This document shows positions 36,836 through 51,000 of a DNA stretch of 64,000 nucleotides, one piece after another; within the stretch, counting starts at the first letter, position 1, and every line of letters starts with the position of its first letter. Origin of the DNA: Antedon mediterranea (taxonomy: Eukaryota > Animalia > Echinodermata); assembly GCF_964355755.1 (NCBI RefSeq), contig NC_092674.1, positions 21,390,001-21,454,000 of the forward strand. The letters are read 5' to 3'. The notes beneath the pieces were generated by a model. It saw only the letters and a program-made list of their open reading frames with translations. It searched no databases and had not been told where the DNA came from. A program made the position numbers and the translations under genes.

Positions 36836-39800
36836 CTATCTTCTGAAAGATTGTTCTTGAGAGTTTTTGTTTCCCATTTTACTGAATCCACCTCTGCCTG
36901 GATCAAACTCTGTTCTGTACTCATCCCGTACCTGTAGAAGAAATGAAGAAACATGTTATCAAAGACAAGTACAGCCTACATGTATCTGAAAAAGTCAGGC
37001 GCCTAAAAATGTTATGTGTAAGTATACAAGCGCCAACAGTCAGATACTGGGTATAGGTAAATTACTGATAAAACTACCGGTATATTGAGGTACCGAGTGA
37101 TAATTTTTTGCTTGAGTTAACACGATAGTAACAGTAGAAATTTCCCCAAAGTGATTATAATAAAGAAACAAATCTATTCTAATCAATTTATTTGGAGATT
37201 ACACTTTTACTGTAAATTGGTGGCACACACACACACAGTTGTGCATCCATAGGCAAACATGTAAATTGAATGTTTTAACTGGATAATGTTAAAGACACCT
37301 TCCCTACAATTTGTGACGTTTTGTAAAAATAATACATATTACTGTAAAAACATTAAACCAGGTCATTCCTTGTCTTTAAATGTACGTTTTATGGTAAATT
37401 ATGATAAAAAGTGAGAAACAATGCACTATCTAGGTAGCTCGCGGCGACTGACCTCTTGTGGGCGGTCTTTAGGCCTACAGTAGCCTAGCTAGGCTTAGTT
37501 TTGTAGGCCTAGCTGGTCAACATCGGTAATGTACGAACATCGTACACTAGCTATATATCTAGCCTGACGTACGGTATAGTTGCTGCATTAATTGTCTTTC
37601 TATTTTTGCCAGACTTCGTTGATACAAATTGGGAAAAACCCGGTATTTTCGCTGAAAAGTTAGGAGTCTTCCATTTGTTTTGGCCTCACGATCGATCAAA
37701 AAGTGGTTGGTTTTTACAGAAGAAAAACAGAAATATAAATCCGCGCGCAATGCATTTTGGGATTTATAGCGGGCCGCTATAATTATTAGAATCGACCTAT
37801 TTTTCACATTTTTAACCATTTAAAGACGAAAAAAGTTATCGCAATAGGACCATATAGTATTCTTTTCAGATTAAATATAGTTTGTGATCTTAAAATAGAT
37901 CTAAAAAACATAGGGAAGGTGTCTTTAATTATCCTATATGACAATATCTTTGTACAGTAGTACCAGACTGATTGTCATGAAACCTCAAAACATTAATAAT
38001 AATATGCAAGCCCATGCTTTTAACAAAGATTCAAATTCAAAATTTTATTAACATTCACCTTAACATCAAGGTATGATTAACAACAACATTAACAAAACAA
38101 AAAAAAACAACAAAAAAAAAACAAATATATAAAAGAAAAAGCAATAATAAAAGCATTCAATGTTGCATAAAGGTCGCTCAGTATCAGGTGGAGGCCTGAA
38201 TAGTCGAGCGCCTTTCAAACGCCGAACATACATACTTCATCACTGGCTTGATGATATCGGGATCATTTGCACCCATAATAAATATAAACTTATCATTTTG
38301 TGACATATTTTTTAAGTTTACATTAAAATCTAGATCCGAGAATAATGCCGTTCTGATGTCATCATAAATGGGGCAATATAGCATGAAGTGGATCTCATCT
38401 TCAATATCGCCGCCTTTACAAAGAGTACACAATCTATTGTTTGCATCTGTTTTGGGGATTGTGTAGCGACCTCTCTCGATTTCGAGAGCATGCGCACTTA
38501 CTCTTAGCTTGCTAAACTGACATCTTTTATTTCTTTTATATAATAACGTATAATTCTCTATACAGAAGGAATTTTTATACGTACAAAAGGATCGTAATTT
38601 AGGTTGAAATTGACATGCATTTTGAAATATTTTAGACAGTCAGACATTGACCCCTGACCTAGGTAAACTACAAGATCATTATTATACAAAGAACTCACTG
38701 CTAGATTGAATTTACTAATGTCATCTGTATAAAGGCTAATTTTCAAAAACGATAAGGTAAGCGAAAAACAAAATATATAGAATCAATATTATTTCTTATG
38801 ACCTGTTAAACAAAGACGGATTTTATCAGACACAGATTCTCCCCAGTGAGCGATCACATCCTACAAACACAATTTTCACTGGCCTACAGTACAACCTTTC
38901 TATCAGATACAGTGGTCTGTACATAATCTGTGTATTATATAACAAAGTTTAATAATACACTTACCTGTCCTCCACTTTTGCCTCTACCATATTGTCTACC
39001 TTCAACAAACCCTGCATCCCAATCTGTTCTAACAATTCTGTCATCTAAACGTGTACCATTTACATAGCGAAGTGCGTTCTCTGCGTGTATCCGTGTGTAA
39101 TATCTGACGGTCGCATGTTAAGGTTGAATGATTACAACAATTTTAAATGTAAATATGTTTATGTTTGTATGATGTAATGTTTAAGCAGATATTAGCCCTT
39201 AATGGCACTTGCAGCAATAAAAAAAATTGAATTTATGTTTGTTATGACTAATCTATATTTATTACAATTATAAACTCTACACTATGTCCATTGATATAAA
39301 GAACAAATATAAATTAATTTTAAAAAGCAGCAATGTCAATGATAAAGTTAAAAGCAATGAATACCAAAATTTGGTATTATTATTTAATAATATAGATTGT
39401 AATGTAACATTTTTTTTGATTGACATACTAAAAAAAAAATAATAAAAGGCTAAATTACCTCATCAATTAAATCTGTAAAAAATGTACTGTATAGAAAGTA
39501 TATGTATGTATCCTCACTGTCACAGTGGTTTGAGGTGCTGCTGATTTAGCCTACAGTAATGTACTTACAGTATTATCTTTTGCAATTGTTTAATATTCAA
39601 ATACATGCACAATTACATCTATTTCATGTGGACTTCAACTTCAACTTTAAGTGAGATTGACAATTAATACACATTGTTATTAATTGTTAAAACTTAAAGG
39701 CCAGGTGCAGTCAAAAAATTTCTATTGATCATACATTCCAATAATTATCGATACAGTATGTTTCATAATTTTTGGGATTTTATTTGAGTTAAACGAGCTT

Positions 39801-41202
39801 GTTGAAAATAAACACTTTCTTATCAGTGGGGGGATAGTTCAAATTACACAGTAAAATCTCTATCCTTTTGTACACAAATTTTGTAAAAATAGAGAGGCAT
39901 TTTAAAAGCTATGAAAAATAAACGGTGTGGTAAAAAATGTTATCAGTTGACTAAATATAGGTAAAATAACTTGAATTTTACATTTCTGGTATTTTTATTC
40001 AACTTTCAACATTTTTATTTTCATGCTATAGGAAAAATTATCCACCGTATATCCACCATTTTTTTTCACCTTCTAGGGAGTCACCAGACATGTTATTACA
40101 TTAGGTTAAAATACCTAACTACTGAAAAAAGGTCTTCCTGGTTTTTATAGCAGAATTTTGCCAAATTTTGTATTTGACCATATTAAGGGAAATTCATGTT
40201 TTTTCATTTTGATTTCTGTTACAAATATTTGATTTATGTACAATTAACCAGATATTATATTTAAAATTCATGCCTGTATCTGAGCTTTAAAGGATACTCA
40301 AGAAAACAAAAACCACAAGGTGTCTTGTTTATTTTGTCTAGCCCCATAATGATGCGCTTGATATCACCGCATTTTGAAAAGAGTTCATAGATTTGTTCTT
40401 CGGTTGTGTAGAATGATAAGTTTCCAACATATAATGTGGTACTTTTACTTAGTCGATGTTCTTGGTCATTTAATGTACCCTGTACAGAAAAAAAGTAGGA
40501 CAATATTTATTTTTAAATGAGAAATTCTACGAAGTATAAACATGTATTAATATATGCAAGCCCATGCTTTTAACATGCATTTTGAAACATTTTAGACTAA
40601 ACATGTGCATCATTATTACTGTTTTGTACTAGCTAGACACATCCTGGTACTGTATGTAGTGTAACTATTCTATTGGTCGCTTGACGAATGCACGGAAAAC
40701 AAAGTTTTCGAAGTAAGAAATTGAATATAAAATTACGTTTTTTTAGTAATTTATTTTATAGGGGCCTGGCCCTCGGCTATCAACATTTTCAATATTTATT
40801 AATAATATTAATAATTATAAAATACGGATTGTTAAATCCCTTTCTTTAAAAACTTGATAAATACCAAAAAAAATGAATATGGATTTGGGCTAAAGTGAGA
40901 AGTTTCGGCCCTCAAAGTAGGGTTTTTCCGATTCGTCCCACCAAAAATGGGCCGAATCGTCTCAGGGCCGAATCGTCCCGGATTCTAACTAGGGCTAGGG
41001 CCGAGGCTAGTAGTAGTAGTAGTAGATAGAAGTAGCCTAGCTAGCTAGGGGGCCTACCTAGGCCTAGCCTAGCTTATTTCTCATATTTAAATTGAGTCCA
41101 GTATTGCTAAAAAATCTTAACGATAGTAAGAAGTTATATTACCTTAAAATGTTGATCTCTATATGCACTAAGTTCAGTCATACGATCGGAACGGAGAGAC
41201 AT
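36836..41202 (-). CDS. NCBP2: Nuclear cap-binding protein subunit 2 (CBP20)
   Basis: Exons 41202-41143 ([20 protein letters not shown]), 40479-40298 ([41 protein letters not shown]), 39103-38965 ([31 protein letters not shown]) and 36931-36836 (VRDEYR..). Phases are consistent. Confidence 0.97.
37293..37924 (-). mobile_element. Kolobok-like MITE, copy 2
   Basis: TTAA|AGACACCTTCCCTAC...TAGGGAAGGTGTCT|TTAA; reverse-complement homologue of 32184-32809. Confidence 0.8.
38026..38612 (-). mobile_element. 3' fragment of a non-LTR retrotransposon with a C-terminal CCHC motif (RTE-X-like)
   Basis: Reads [32 protein letters not shown], followed by AATAAA and a (TTTGAA)n tail. Confidence 0.7.
39104..40297 (-). 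other. U12-type (minor spliceosome) GT-AG intron 2 of NCBP2
   Basis: Donor GTATCCTTT (40297-40289). Branch point CCTTAAC (39123-39117) lies 13 nt from the exon, with no polypyrimidine tract. Confidence 0.9.
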
Positions 41203-42583
41203 TTTAACAGTTTTTTTTGTATGCTTTTGTAGGATAAAACAACGCGAGGAAGGAGTAAAAATTTAATAGAATATACTGCCCTCAACAGGTTCTGGGCGCC
41301 AAAAACACATACACAAGTTACAACACACGAAATAAAACTTTGGCAAACAGAAAATAAAAATGTATAACCTACCCACATTCGTAAAAAACATTGACCAATA
41401 GAGGAAGGATTGATTTGACCATCATTCAATTCAAATTTGTGCAAAACCACATTGTAAACATGGAACCCTAAACTGTGAAAATATGTAAACATTCGTAATT
41501 AAATGTGCAAAAATCACGCCGTTAAATGTAAAAACGATCAGTTTTGAGGTAAAATGTGCAAGAGAAATTCTACAAATGTGCAAATCATTTAACTTTCTTT
41601 TAAAAATCAAGAAATCAACATCAAGAAAATGTGTTATTTGGAAATGCGCAAGGAAATCTTTGCTCAATTTTAATAACGTTTAAATTATCTTTTACATTTT
41701 TAATAAAGGTATGCGTAACAGATTAATTTGAGTTGAAATTACATTGCGTTATTTGAAATTGCCACCTAACCCTAAATGTTAATAGTTTTATTAGCGGCTT
41801 TCTACAAGAAAGTTCAAATATAAATTCTGTTTTTGCAAGCTAGCATAGGAAACGCGAGTCTCTTCATTGGGATGGGTTAAGCGTGATGCTGTTAGCCATC
41901 CTTGGTATCATTTTTATTGATACCAATGATGTTGACACCAGTCTACCACGATGAGGTAGCATCTCCGACTTCAGACTGGAAATTTTGTTTTCTTTCCAAA
42001 TTGGCCAGATTAGTGAAATAATATTTGAAAAGAACTGTTAAGCCTACTTTTGCAATTTAAAATGTGATCATTTTAATAATACTGTAGTTTAAAAAAAAGA
42101 ATGTTTCAGTAAGTAAAAGAACAACACCAGAAAAAACAATAAATATTATGCGATTATTAGTAATCCATAATCTAAAAGTATATTCTATCAGCACAGTGGC
42201 CTATTCGCATGTATATACGTATATCAAGAGGTGGTAGGTTTCCTCGTGTACTGTATAAATAAAAGTGTATTTCAGGGTTTGGTTGCCATGGTTTTCAATA
42301 AATTTAAGACCTACACGCGCGTGTATACCACCCTTACACGATACGCCTTTAATACCTAGTGAATTACATGGCTTAATGTCTGCCAATGGATTTAGATCTA
42401 TAGTGAATAAATATCCTTCTTATATTTATGTTCGTTATGTTAAGTTTAAAATTCTTCCGTAGTTCAATTAGCCACTGATATTGCACCTTAACTAAACACG
42501 TAGACTTACTGATTAAACGTATACTTACGCAATGGTACCATCATGTCGAATAGAGCTATGTATGATCGTTGGTATTGATGGTA

Positions 42584-44889
42584 TTACAGCTCTCTCACCT
42601 TTGCTACGCAGTGGCACTTTTCTTTGGCATCTCCGATCAGCGTGTCAAGCATTTCATCAATTGATGGCAGCTCTGGTGTGTCGTCGTGAATGTTAAAACA
42701 CACCCGTTTAGATTGCCTAGAGCTGCTATACAAGAGTGTTGGTATCATGATGGTACTGCAGATTACATTAGACATCTTACGCAGTGGCAACTTTCTCCTG
42801 CAACTCCGATCAGCATCTAGCATTTCATCAACTGATAGTAGCTCTGGTGTGTCGTGAATGTTAAAACACACTCGTTTAGATTGCCTAGTTGAGCTGCTAT
42901 ACAGGAGTGTTGGTATCATGATGGTACTGCAGATTACATTGGACATCTTACGCAGTGGCAACCTTCTCTTGCAAATCCGATCAGCATCAAGCATTTCATC
43001 AACTGATGGTGGTAGCTCTGGTGTGTCATGAGTGCTGAAACATACCCGTTTGGATCTCCTGGTATGGATACTAGAAACTGTTGAATGTCTAAGACGGTTT
43101 TCATTACAGAGCAAATCAATGTTACCAATGTTTATACCTACTTCTTGAGTTTCCGACTTGCAGTGAGGAGATGCATACTTACCAGCCATTCTTTTGGCAT
43201 TCAATTTAGCAATGTCTTTAATACTCTCATCAACGTACGTATGGACTTTCTGTTTGGTTTGGTACCAGCCACATGATGTCTCAGCCAGCTCCAGTACGGT
43301 GAGTTAGTCTTAAAACATTTCCTCGACTTCTGGATGGAGTGGACGGTTCTATCGTAGCGTTTCTTGCAACGCGAAGCTCGAGAGAGCGGCGATAAAGATC
43401 TGTAATAAAAAGTACGATGAACTATATTTGTAATTATTATATCTTTTTTTACATTTAAATTGTTACCATCATAAAGACTCTTAGCTGGCGAACGAGTGGA
43501 TGCACATAAATTGTTATCACTTCCGTCAATGTAGACAAAACTCGGCTTCTCCTCATGGATACCTAAAATAAACAATTTTTTTTAATGACATTTTGGTCGT
43601 ACAACAAGTTAGTTACACATGAGAGACGAGATTAGATTGTAGCTGCCAAACAAAATATCCTAAATTGCCATGATTTAAAAAGAAATAAAAATTTCATTGT
43701 AAGACGCCATCAAAGTTATGACTAATGTACAGTAGTATATTGTACAAGCAATGAAAACAAAATTTATAATATTGTTATACACAAATACAGTTTACATTAT
43801 AAAGACTTTACTGTAACTTACTGTCAGAAAGTTGTGGAAAGTGGTCAATATTGTAAGCTGCGCGGTACATCTTTAATGTTTCTTCAACAACATGACTTAT
43901 AGATTCATTTTTCTACAATAAAAACATTTTTTTTTCTATTTTCCCTGTTTTTTCAATTGTATTTTCTATGTATTACTAAAATAACCTTTAAATAAATTAA
44001 CTAATAAGACATAAAAGCTTTAAGAATTACAATGGAAATAATACTTTTTACAGTATATAACCTTATGTTAAAATAATGTTCCACATTTGGGAAACATTCT
44101 TACTGTTTGTCGACTGTACAATCTTTGTATAAAATTGAATGCATGTTAAAAACCACTCACCTTCAGTTTAGTTGTTGAACTTCTCAGTTCATCATTGGTA
44201 ATGTTGATTTCCCGCCATGGTCGCTTGATTTTGATTGGACCTTTGTGGCTTATGGCTGATGTTAATGGCTTTAAGTTTCGCCATTTTCGCTTCTTTCTGA
44301 GGGCATTATTATAATGTGATTTTCCATTATCCGTTGAAGGAACATCACGGAACTCTCCAGAATCTGTCACATGTCAATATATCAATTTTTTATAAATGTT
44401 TAAGACTAGGCTAGGCCTATAGTTTTTAGGTAGGTCAGGCTAATTACAATTTCAATGTATATGAATTAGACTGAAACCCAAACTTGCATGGATATTCAAT
44501 GTCAATAAAAACAATGATTGCCAATGATGTAAATCACAATTTTGAAAATTGATAGGCCTGGCCTAGGCCTAGGCCTCGAATATTAACAATTGATACACAT
44601 TGTTGTGGGTATAGGCCTAGCCTAGGCCTACGTTACATACAGTATGTACAACATATGCCAATGTAAATTTTGGAGGGCGGGGATATGGGGGCTCTGGGCG
44701 AGGGGTGTTTTAGTGCGGGCGGGTGTCTAGTGGCACGGTACGTTTGAACCGATGATGTTGGAAATTAATTCAGTGGTGGCTACAAAAATTGTATAATAAA
44801 ATTTGCAATTTAAGATATTGTTCACTACCTTTTGAAGTAGTTGTACCATTAAAGATGTTCTTGATCTTTTTCTTGTTACTTCCGATCAT
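42584..44889 (-). CDS. Orphan multi-exon gene, copy A (basic N-terminus; downstream ~59-aa repeat region in a different frame)
   Basis: Phase-consistent GT-AG exons 44889-44829 (MIGSNKKKIKNIFNGTTTSK), 44363-44161, 43912-43822 and 43562 onward. A CGCCATTT motif lies upstream at ~44985. No recognisable family; the junction to ORF 42584-43204 is unresolved. Confidence 0.5.
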
Positions 44890-45359
44890 ATTTCTTAGTA
44901 TGATATTAAAAATATATCGATAATATTCAAATAATTTAAGAGCTTTTTTTAAATAAGTTTTCTGTGAGAAATATCAAACAGAAATGGCGTCCGTTTATTC
45001 TACGGTTACCTTAGATATAGAATAAACGTCACAATGCATTGTCTACGCGAGCGTAATTTGCGCGTTATTGCTATGGCGATTCTATAGACAATGGGCCTTT
45101 CTCATTCAGAGAGCAAAAACTGCGCGCTGTGCTTAAACTGGTGATCTACTTACCTGTTTTTGTTGAATTGAATTTAAAACTAAGCAAAGCACGTAAGAAA
45201 AAAGAAACGGTTTAGTTAAAACATCGGAGACTAGAATTGGGTTGAACTAGTCTCTAGTTAGATAGTCGCATTCTTACAAACCCTCAAAACCTTACCACTG
45301 GTGCTCATATTGGTTATAATTCAACAAAATATCAGGTTCTACTGAGACTGTTTTTGTTA

Positions 45360-46503
45360 AGGCCCATTTACACTAGGACGATAACGATCGACGATAAATA
45401 AACAAATATGCATTGTTCATACATAAAACAAAAGAAATCTAAAAAGTGTTTATTCTAGAACTATTTAGGAACCATCTATGCTTCCTTTAATAAAATGATA
45501 TTTTCACACGTCCAATCCAATGAAGTCATGATTAGTAAGAGCAATATAGTCCATGGGATTTAGACTTTTAACTCACACAAATTGCAAGAAAAGGTTTTTT
45601 TGATGAAATGTGTTCTTTAGACCCTACTGAACACATTTATCAACGTTAGGACATTTTTCGACAACGGGAAGTAGCCTAATTTACATAATTAAAAATGGCC
45701 GCCATTTTTAATAACGTACTCTGTATCTTGGAAACCGCTAGTCACAGATACTTAATTTTGGTGTCAAAATCGTTAGAATATATGTTTTTATATTCACTTT
45801 ATTGAAAAAGTTTGTCCAAAAATGAATGGAAGTGCTATTTCTAACATTATTGACCTTTGACCTTGATTGATCATATCTCAGCAACCACTAATCGGAGATA
45901 TACAAATTAGGGCTTAAATTGTTCAGAAACTACACATTTATATCCAGTCTAATGGCATGTTTTTTGCAAAAAATGGCGGATTCTAACACTATTGACCTTT
46001 GACCTTGATTTATCATATCTTAGCAACCACTAATCTGAGAGACACACAATATGTCTCAAACTGTTCAGAAACTACATATTTATATTTAGTCTAATGGCAT
46101 GTTTTTGCAAAAAATGGCCGATTCTAACATTATTGACCTTTGAACTTTGCACTACATAAAATCGCATAACTTTGAAAATATTGTACATATGAAATTATTT
46201 TTAGTGTCAAATTGTTCAGAACATACATGTTTCTATAGAGTCCAATGACACATTATGTCCAATAATGACCTATTGTATGGTTATTCACATTTGAACTATA
46301 TTTGAAACCGGGATTTTTAAACCCGGAATCTTCTTCATGTTGCTTTATTGGTCATGACGTCATTTGATTGGATTTTTTAAAATATTATTTTTATCAAAGA
46401 CAGCATAAATAAGTATTCCATAATAGAACGAAAACGTTTCTAAAGTCTTTTATTTTATGTAAGAAATGCATGCTTATCTATGTATCGTCGATCGTTATCG
46501 TCC
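45360..46503. mobile_element. Harbinger-like non-autonomous insertion with a truncated right end, next to a tRNA-Gln remnant
   Basis: GGCCCATTTACACTA is followed by GGACGATAACGATCGACGATA, which pairs with TATCGTCGATCGTTATCGTCC (46483-46503). The insertion is absent from duplicate copy B and has internal GACCTTTGACC repeats. Confidence 0.55.
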
Positions 46504-46683
46504 AAGACATTGGATTGTATTTTAAACTAAGCAAATGCACGTAAGAAAGAAGAAACGTTTTATTTAAAACATTAGAGACTTGAATTTGGGTTTAAGTATT
46601 CACTAGTTTGTTAGATAGTCGCGTGCTTACAAACCCTTAAAACCTACTGGCGCTCATATTTGGTTGTACTTCAACAAAATATC

Positions 46684-46748
46684 AGGTTTTTTTACCGAGA
46701 CTTGAACTCGGATCACTGGATTCAAAGTCCAGAGTGCTAACCATTACA
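46684..46748 (-). pseudogene. tRNA-Gln(TTG) pseudogene lacking the 5' acceptor strand
   Basis: Matches 46906-46977 except that the 5' end is deleted. Confidence 0.75.
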
Positions 46749-46905
46749 TGCTTGACAACCAAAGCAGAAGTAAACAGAATTCGAGACGCGTTACGAAATA
46801 GAATTTGGTTTACCACTGGCGATAATTGGTTGTAACTCTTTTGAAAAAGAACAACATCACACTTCATTATTTTGTTTTAAAAAAGGCATGACCAAGAAAA
46901 TAATC

Positions 46906-46977
46906 AGGTTCTACCGAGACTTGAACTCGGATCGCTGGATTCAAAGTCCAGAGTGCTAACCATTACACCATAGAACC
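46906..46977 (-). tRNA. tRNA-Gln(TTG)
   Basis: GGTTCTATGGTGTAATGGTTAGCACTCTGGA-CTTTGAA-TCCAGCGATCCGAGTTCAAGTCTCGGTAGAACCT: all four stems are intact and TTTT follows. Confidence 0.93.
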
Positions 46978-48019
46978 GATGCTTGATAAAAGTGAAAGTC
47001 AAAAGAATTCGACGAAACCCATTACAAAATAGAAATTGGTTTACCACTGGCTCTCATATTTGGTTGTAATTCTTTTGAAAAGGAATAACATATTATGCTT
47101 AATTATTTTGTTTAAAAAATCAGTATTTCTGAGCACAATTAAAAAACAAAGCTCTCTCACAAAAAATAGTAAAGTATCAAATAATACACCAAGAAAACAC
47201 TCAAAACATAGTTTAGTATTACTTTCGTTATTGTCAGCGCGTCATCATCTAATTTCGGTACCGGACCATACTTATTGTTCAAAGTGCATGTCCCTCTCAT
47301 CTACTTCTTGCCCTCATTCGACATGTCATGCATGTCACTTTTCTTTAGCACCCTCAAATGTACAAATCGGTAAACATTCGTATTTCAATGTGCAAAAATC
47401 ACGCCGTTAAACGTACAAAACGATCAGTTTTGACGTAAAATGCGCAAAAAAAAATTCATTTAATCAACATCAAGTAAATGTGTTACTTGAAAATGCGCAA
47501 GGAAATCTTTGCTCAATTTTAATAATATGTTAATCTTTTACTTGCATTGAAAAAAAATGTATGCGTAACAGATTTATTTGAGGTGAAAATACATTGCGCT
47601 ATTTGAAATTGTCTAACGTGACCCTGAAAGTTTTAGTTTCATTAGTGGCTTTCTGTGTGTACGAGAAAGTTCAAATATAAATTCTGTTTTTGCAAGCTAG
47701 CATATAGGAAACGCGAGTCTCTTCATTGGGATGGGTTAAGCGTGATGCTGTTAGCCATCCTTAGTATCATTTTGTGTTGATACCAATGATGTTGACACCA
47801 GTCTACCACGATGAGGTAGCATCTCCGACTTCAGACTGGAAATTTTGTTTTCTTTCCAAATTAGCCAAAGTAGTGAAATAATATTTGAAAAGAACTGTTA
47901 GGCCTACTTTTGCAATTGGTCAATTCACTTGCATTGCGTTACGTCCTTGCGTTGTGTCGCTAGTGGGAACCACGCTTATCTAAACATGTAGACTTACCGT
48001 ATCAAACTACTTACGCAAT

Positions 48020-51000
48020 GGAACCTCTCCTGCAAATCCGATCAGCATCAAACATTACATCACGTCTAGTAGAGTTACCGGTATGTATGATCGTTGGTGT
48101 TATGATGGTACTACAGCTCTCACCTTTGCTACGCAGTGGCACTTTTCTTTGGCAACTCCGATCAGCATCAAGCAATCAATCGATGGTAGCTCTGGTGTGT
48201 CGTGAATGTTAAAACACACTCATTTAGATTGCCTAGTTGAGCTGCTATACAAGAGTGTTGGTCATGATGGTAGGCTACTGCAGATTACATTGGACCTCTT
48301 ACGTCGCAGTGGCAACTTTCTCCTGCAACTCCGATCAGCATCTAGCATTTCATCAACTGATAGTTATAGCTCTGGTGTGTCGTGAATGTTAAAACACACT
48401 CGTTTAGATTGCCTAGTTGAGCTGCTATACAGGAGTGTTGGTATCATGATGGTACTGCAGATTACATTGGACATCTTACGCAGTGGCAACCTTCTCTTGC
48501 AAATCCGATCAGCATCAAGCATTTCATCAACTGATGGTGGTAGCTCTGGTGTGTCATGAGTGCTGAAACATACCCGTTTGGATCTCCTGGTATGTATACT
48601 AGAAACTGTTGAATGTCTAAGACGGTTTTCATTACAGAGCAAATCAATGTTACCAATGTTTATACCTACTTCTTGAGTTTCCGACTTGCAGTGAGGAGAT
48701 GCATACTTACCAGCCATTCTTTTGGCATTCAATTTAGCAATGTCTTTAATACTCTCATCAACGTACGTATGGACTTTCTGTTTGGTTTGGTACCAGCCAC
48801 ATGATGTCTCAGCCAGCAACAGTACGGTGAGTTAGTCTTAAAACATTTCCTCGACTTCCGGATGGAGTGGACGGTTCTATCGTAGCGTTTCTTGCAACGC
48901 GAAGCTCGAGAGAGTGGCGATAAAGATCTGTAATAAAAGTTAAGATGAACTATATTTGTAATTATTATATCTTTTTTTACATTTAAATTGTTACCATCAT
49001 AAAGACTCTTAGCTGGTGAACGAGTGGATGCACATAAATTGGTATCACTTCCGTCGCTGTAGAAAAATCTCGGCTTCTCCTCATGGATACCTAAAATAAA
49101 CAATTTTTTTTAAATGACATTTTGGTCGTACAACAAGTTACTTACACATTAGAGACGAGATTAGATTGTAGCTGCCAAACAAAATATCCTAAATTGCCAT
49201 GATTTAGAAATAAATAAAAATGTCATTGTAAGTTATGACTAATGTACAGTAGTAGATTGTATAAGCAATGAAAACAAAATGTATAAATATTATATATTAT
49301 TACATGTTAGTATAATATTGTTATACACAAATACAGTTTACATTATAAAGACTTTACTGTAACTTACTGTCAGAAAGTTGTGGAAAGTGGTCAATATTGT
49401 AAGCTGTATTAATAAATAACCTTTAAATAAATTAACTAATAAGACATAAAAGCTTTAAGAATTACAATGGAAATAATACTTTTTACAGTATATAACCTTA
49501 TGTTAAAATAATGTTCCACATTTGGAAAACAGTCTTACTGTTTGTCGACTGTACAATCTTTCTATAAAAATAGAATGCATGCTAAAAACCACTCACCTTC
49601 AGTTTAGTTGTTGAACTTCTCAGTTCATTGGTAATGTTGATTTCCCGCCATGGTCGCTTGATTTTGATTGGACCTTTGTGGCTTATGACTGATGTTAATG
49701 GCTTTAAGTTTCGCCATTTTCGCTTCCTTTTGAGGGCATTATTAGAATGTGACTTTCCATCATCCGTTGAAGGAACATCACGGAACTCTCCAGAATCTGT
49801 CACATGTCAATATAAAGTTTTAGTCGCGTGGACGCGACTCTATAGTTCACTATGTCGGTCGATCGGTCGGTCGGTCGGTCTGTCTGTCTGTCGGTCCGGT
49901 ATCACTATGCATTTTATCGCTTTCTGACCTTATCTTGATATCAGTTTAATCTAGCTAAGTCAATTTTTCACAGTATATTCCTTATGGCCAGGAATTGATG
50001 TGGTTATGTTTTCACAGTGCGCAATAAAAAATTACGCGGTCTACGTACGATTTAACGAAATCACGTTTGTAATCATATCTTCACAACCATGAATCCCAAT
50101 TAAATAAAATTTGGTACTCATAAATTTCAGGGCATACATCATCATATGGCAATACAATTACGTGCGTAGCGCATGTAACGCATGCGTACGCGCGCTTAAA
50201 ATCTTCAAAATTTATTTTCGATGAAGAATACGTTTCAGGCAATTATAAGCGTTTACAAAATTGCCGTGAGTGCGCAGATTTTTGCGCGCGCACTGCGCGT
50301 TAAATGTTATTGCGCACTCTTTTTATCCGATTTCTGTTTTCTTGACTTACTTTTCAACTCGAAATTACGTTATACGAGCACGTCAAAAGTGACAGGCTAC
50401 GCACGTGTAAATTAAAAAAATATAAATGTTTTTAAACATTTCAACATTTTTAAACATGTTCAGTAATTTCGGTCAGTTGGTAGGTTGGTCGGTCGGTCGA
50501 TAAACACAATGAGCACGCGACTGCAGCCATTTGTTTATATAAATGTTTAAGACTATAGTTTAAGGTAGGTCAGGCTAATTAAAATTTTAATTTATAGGAA
50601 TCAGACTGAAACCCAAACCTGCATGGATAATCAATGTAAATAAACAATGCTAATGATGTAAATCACAATTTAGAAAATTAATAGGCCTACTAGGCCTAGG
50701 CCTAGACCTAAAGGGCATAGGCCTAGGCCTAAAATAATAATAAATTATACACATTTTGAGCATTGTTGGTATAGGCTAGGCATACGTTATTGTGTACAGT
50801 ATAGCCTATACAACCAATGTAAATTTTGGAGGGCGGGGATATGGGGGGCTGTGGGCGAGGGGTGTATTTGGTGCGGGCGTAAGTTTGAGTGCCAACCCCC
50901 GAAGGGCGTCTACGTATAAACCGATGTTGGAAATCTAAATCAGTGGTGGCTTACAAAAATTTGCAATTTAAGATATATAGCCTATTGTTCACTACCTTTT

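Noticed and set aside
43200-43320. Programmed -1 ribosomal frameshift linking the two orphan ORFs
   Set aside because: No X XXY YYZ slippery heptamer is evident in the overlap.
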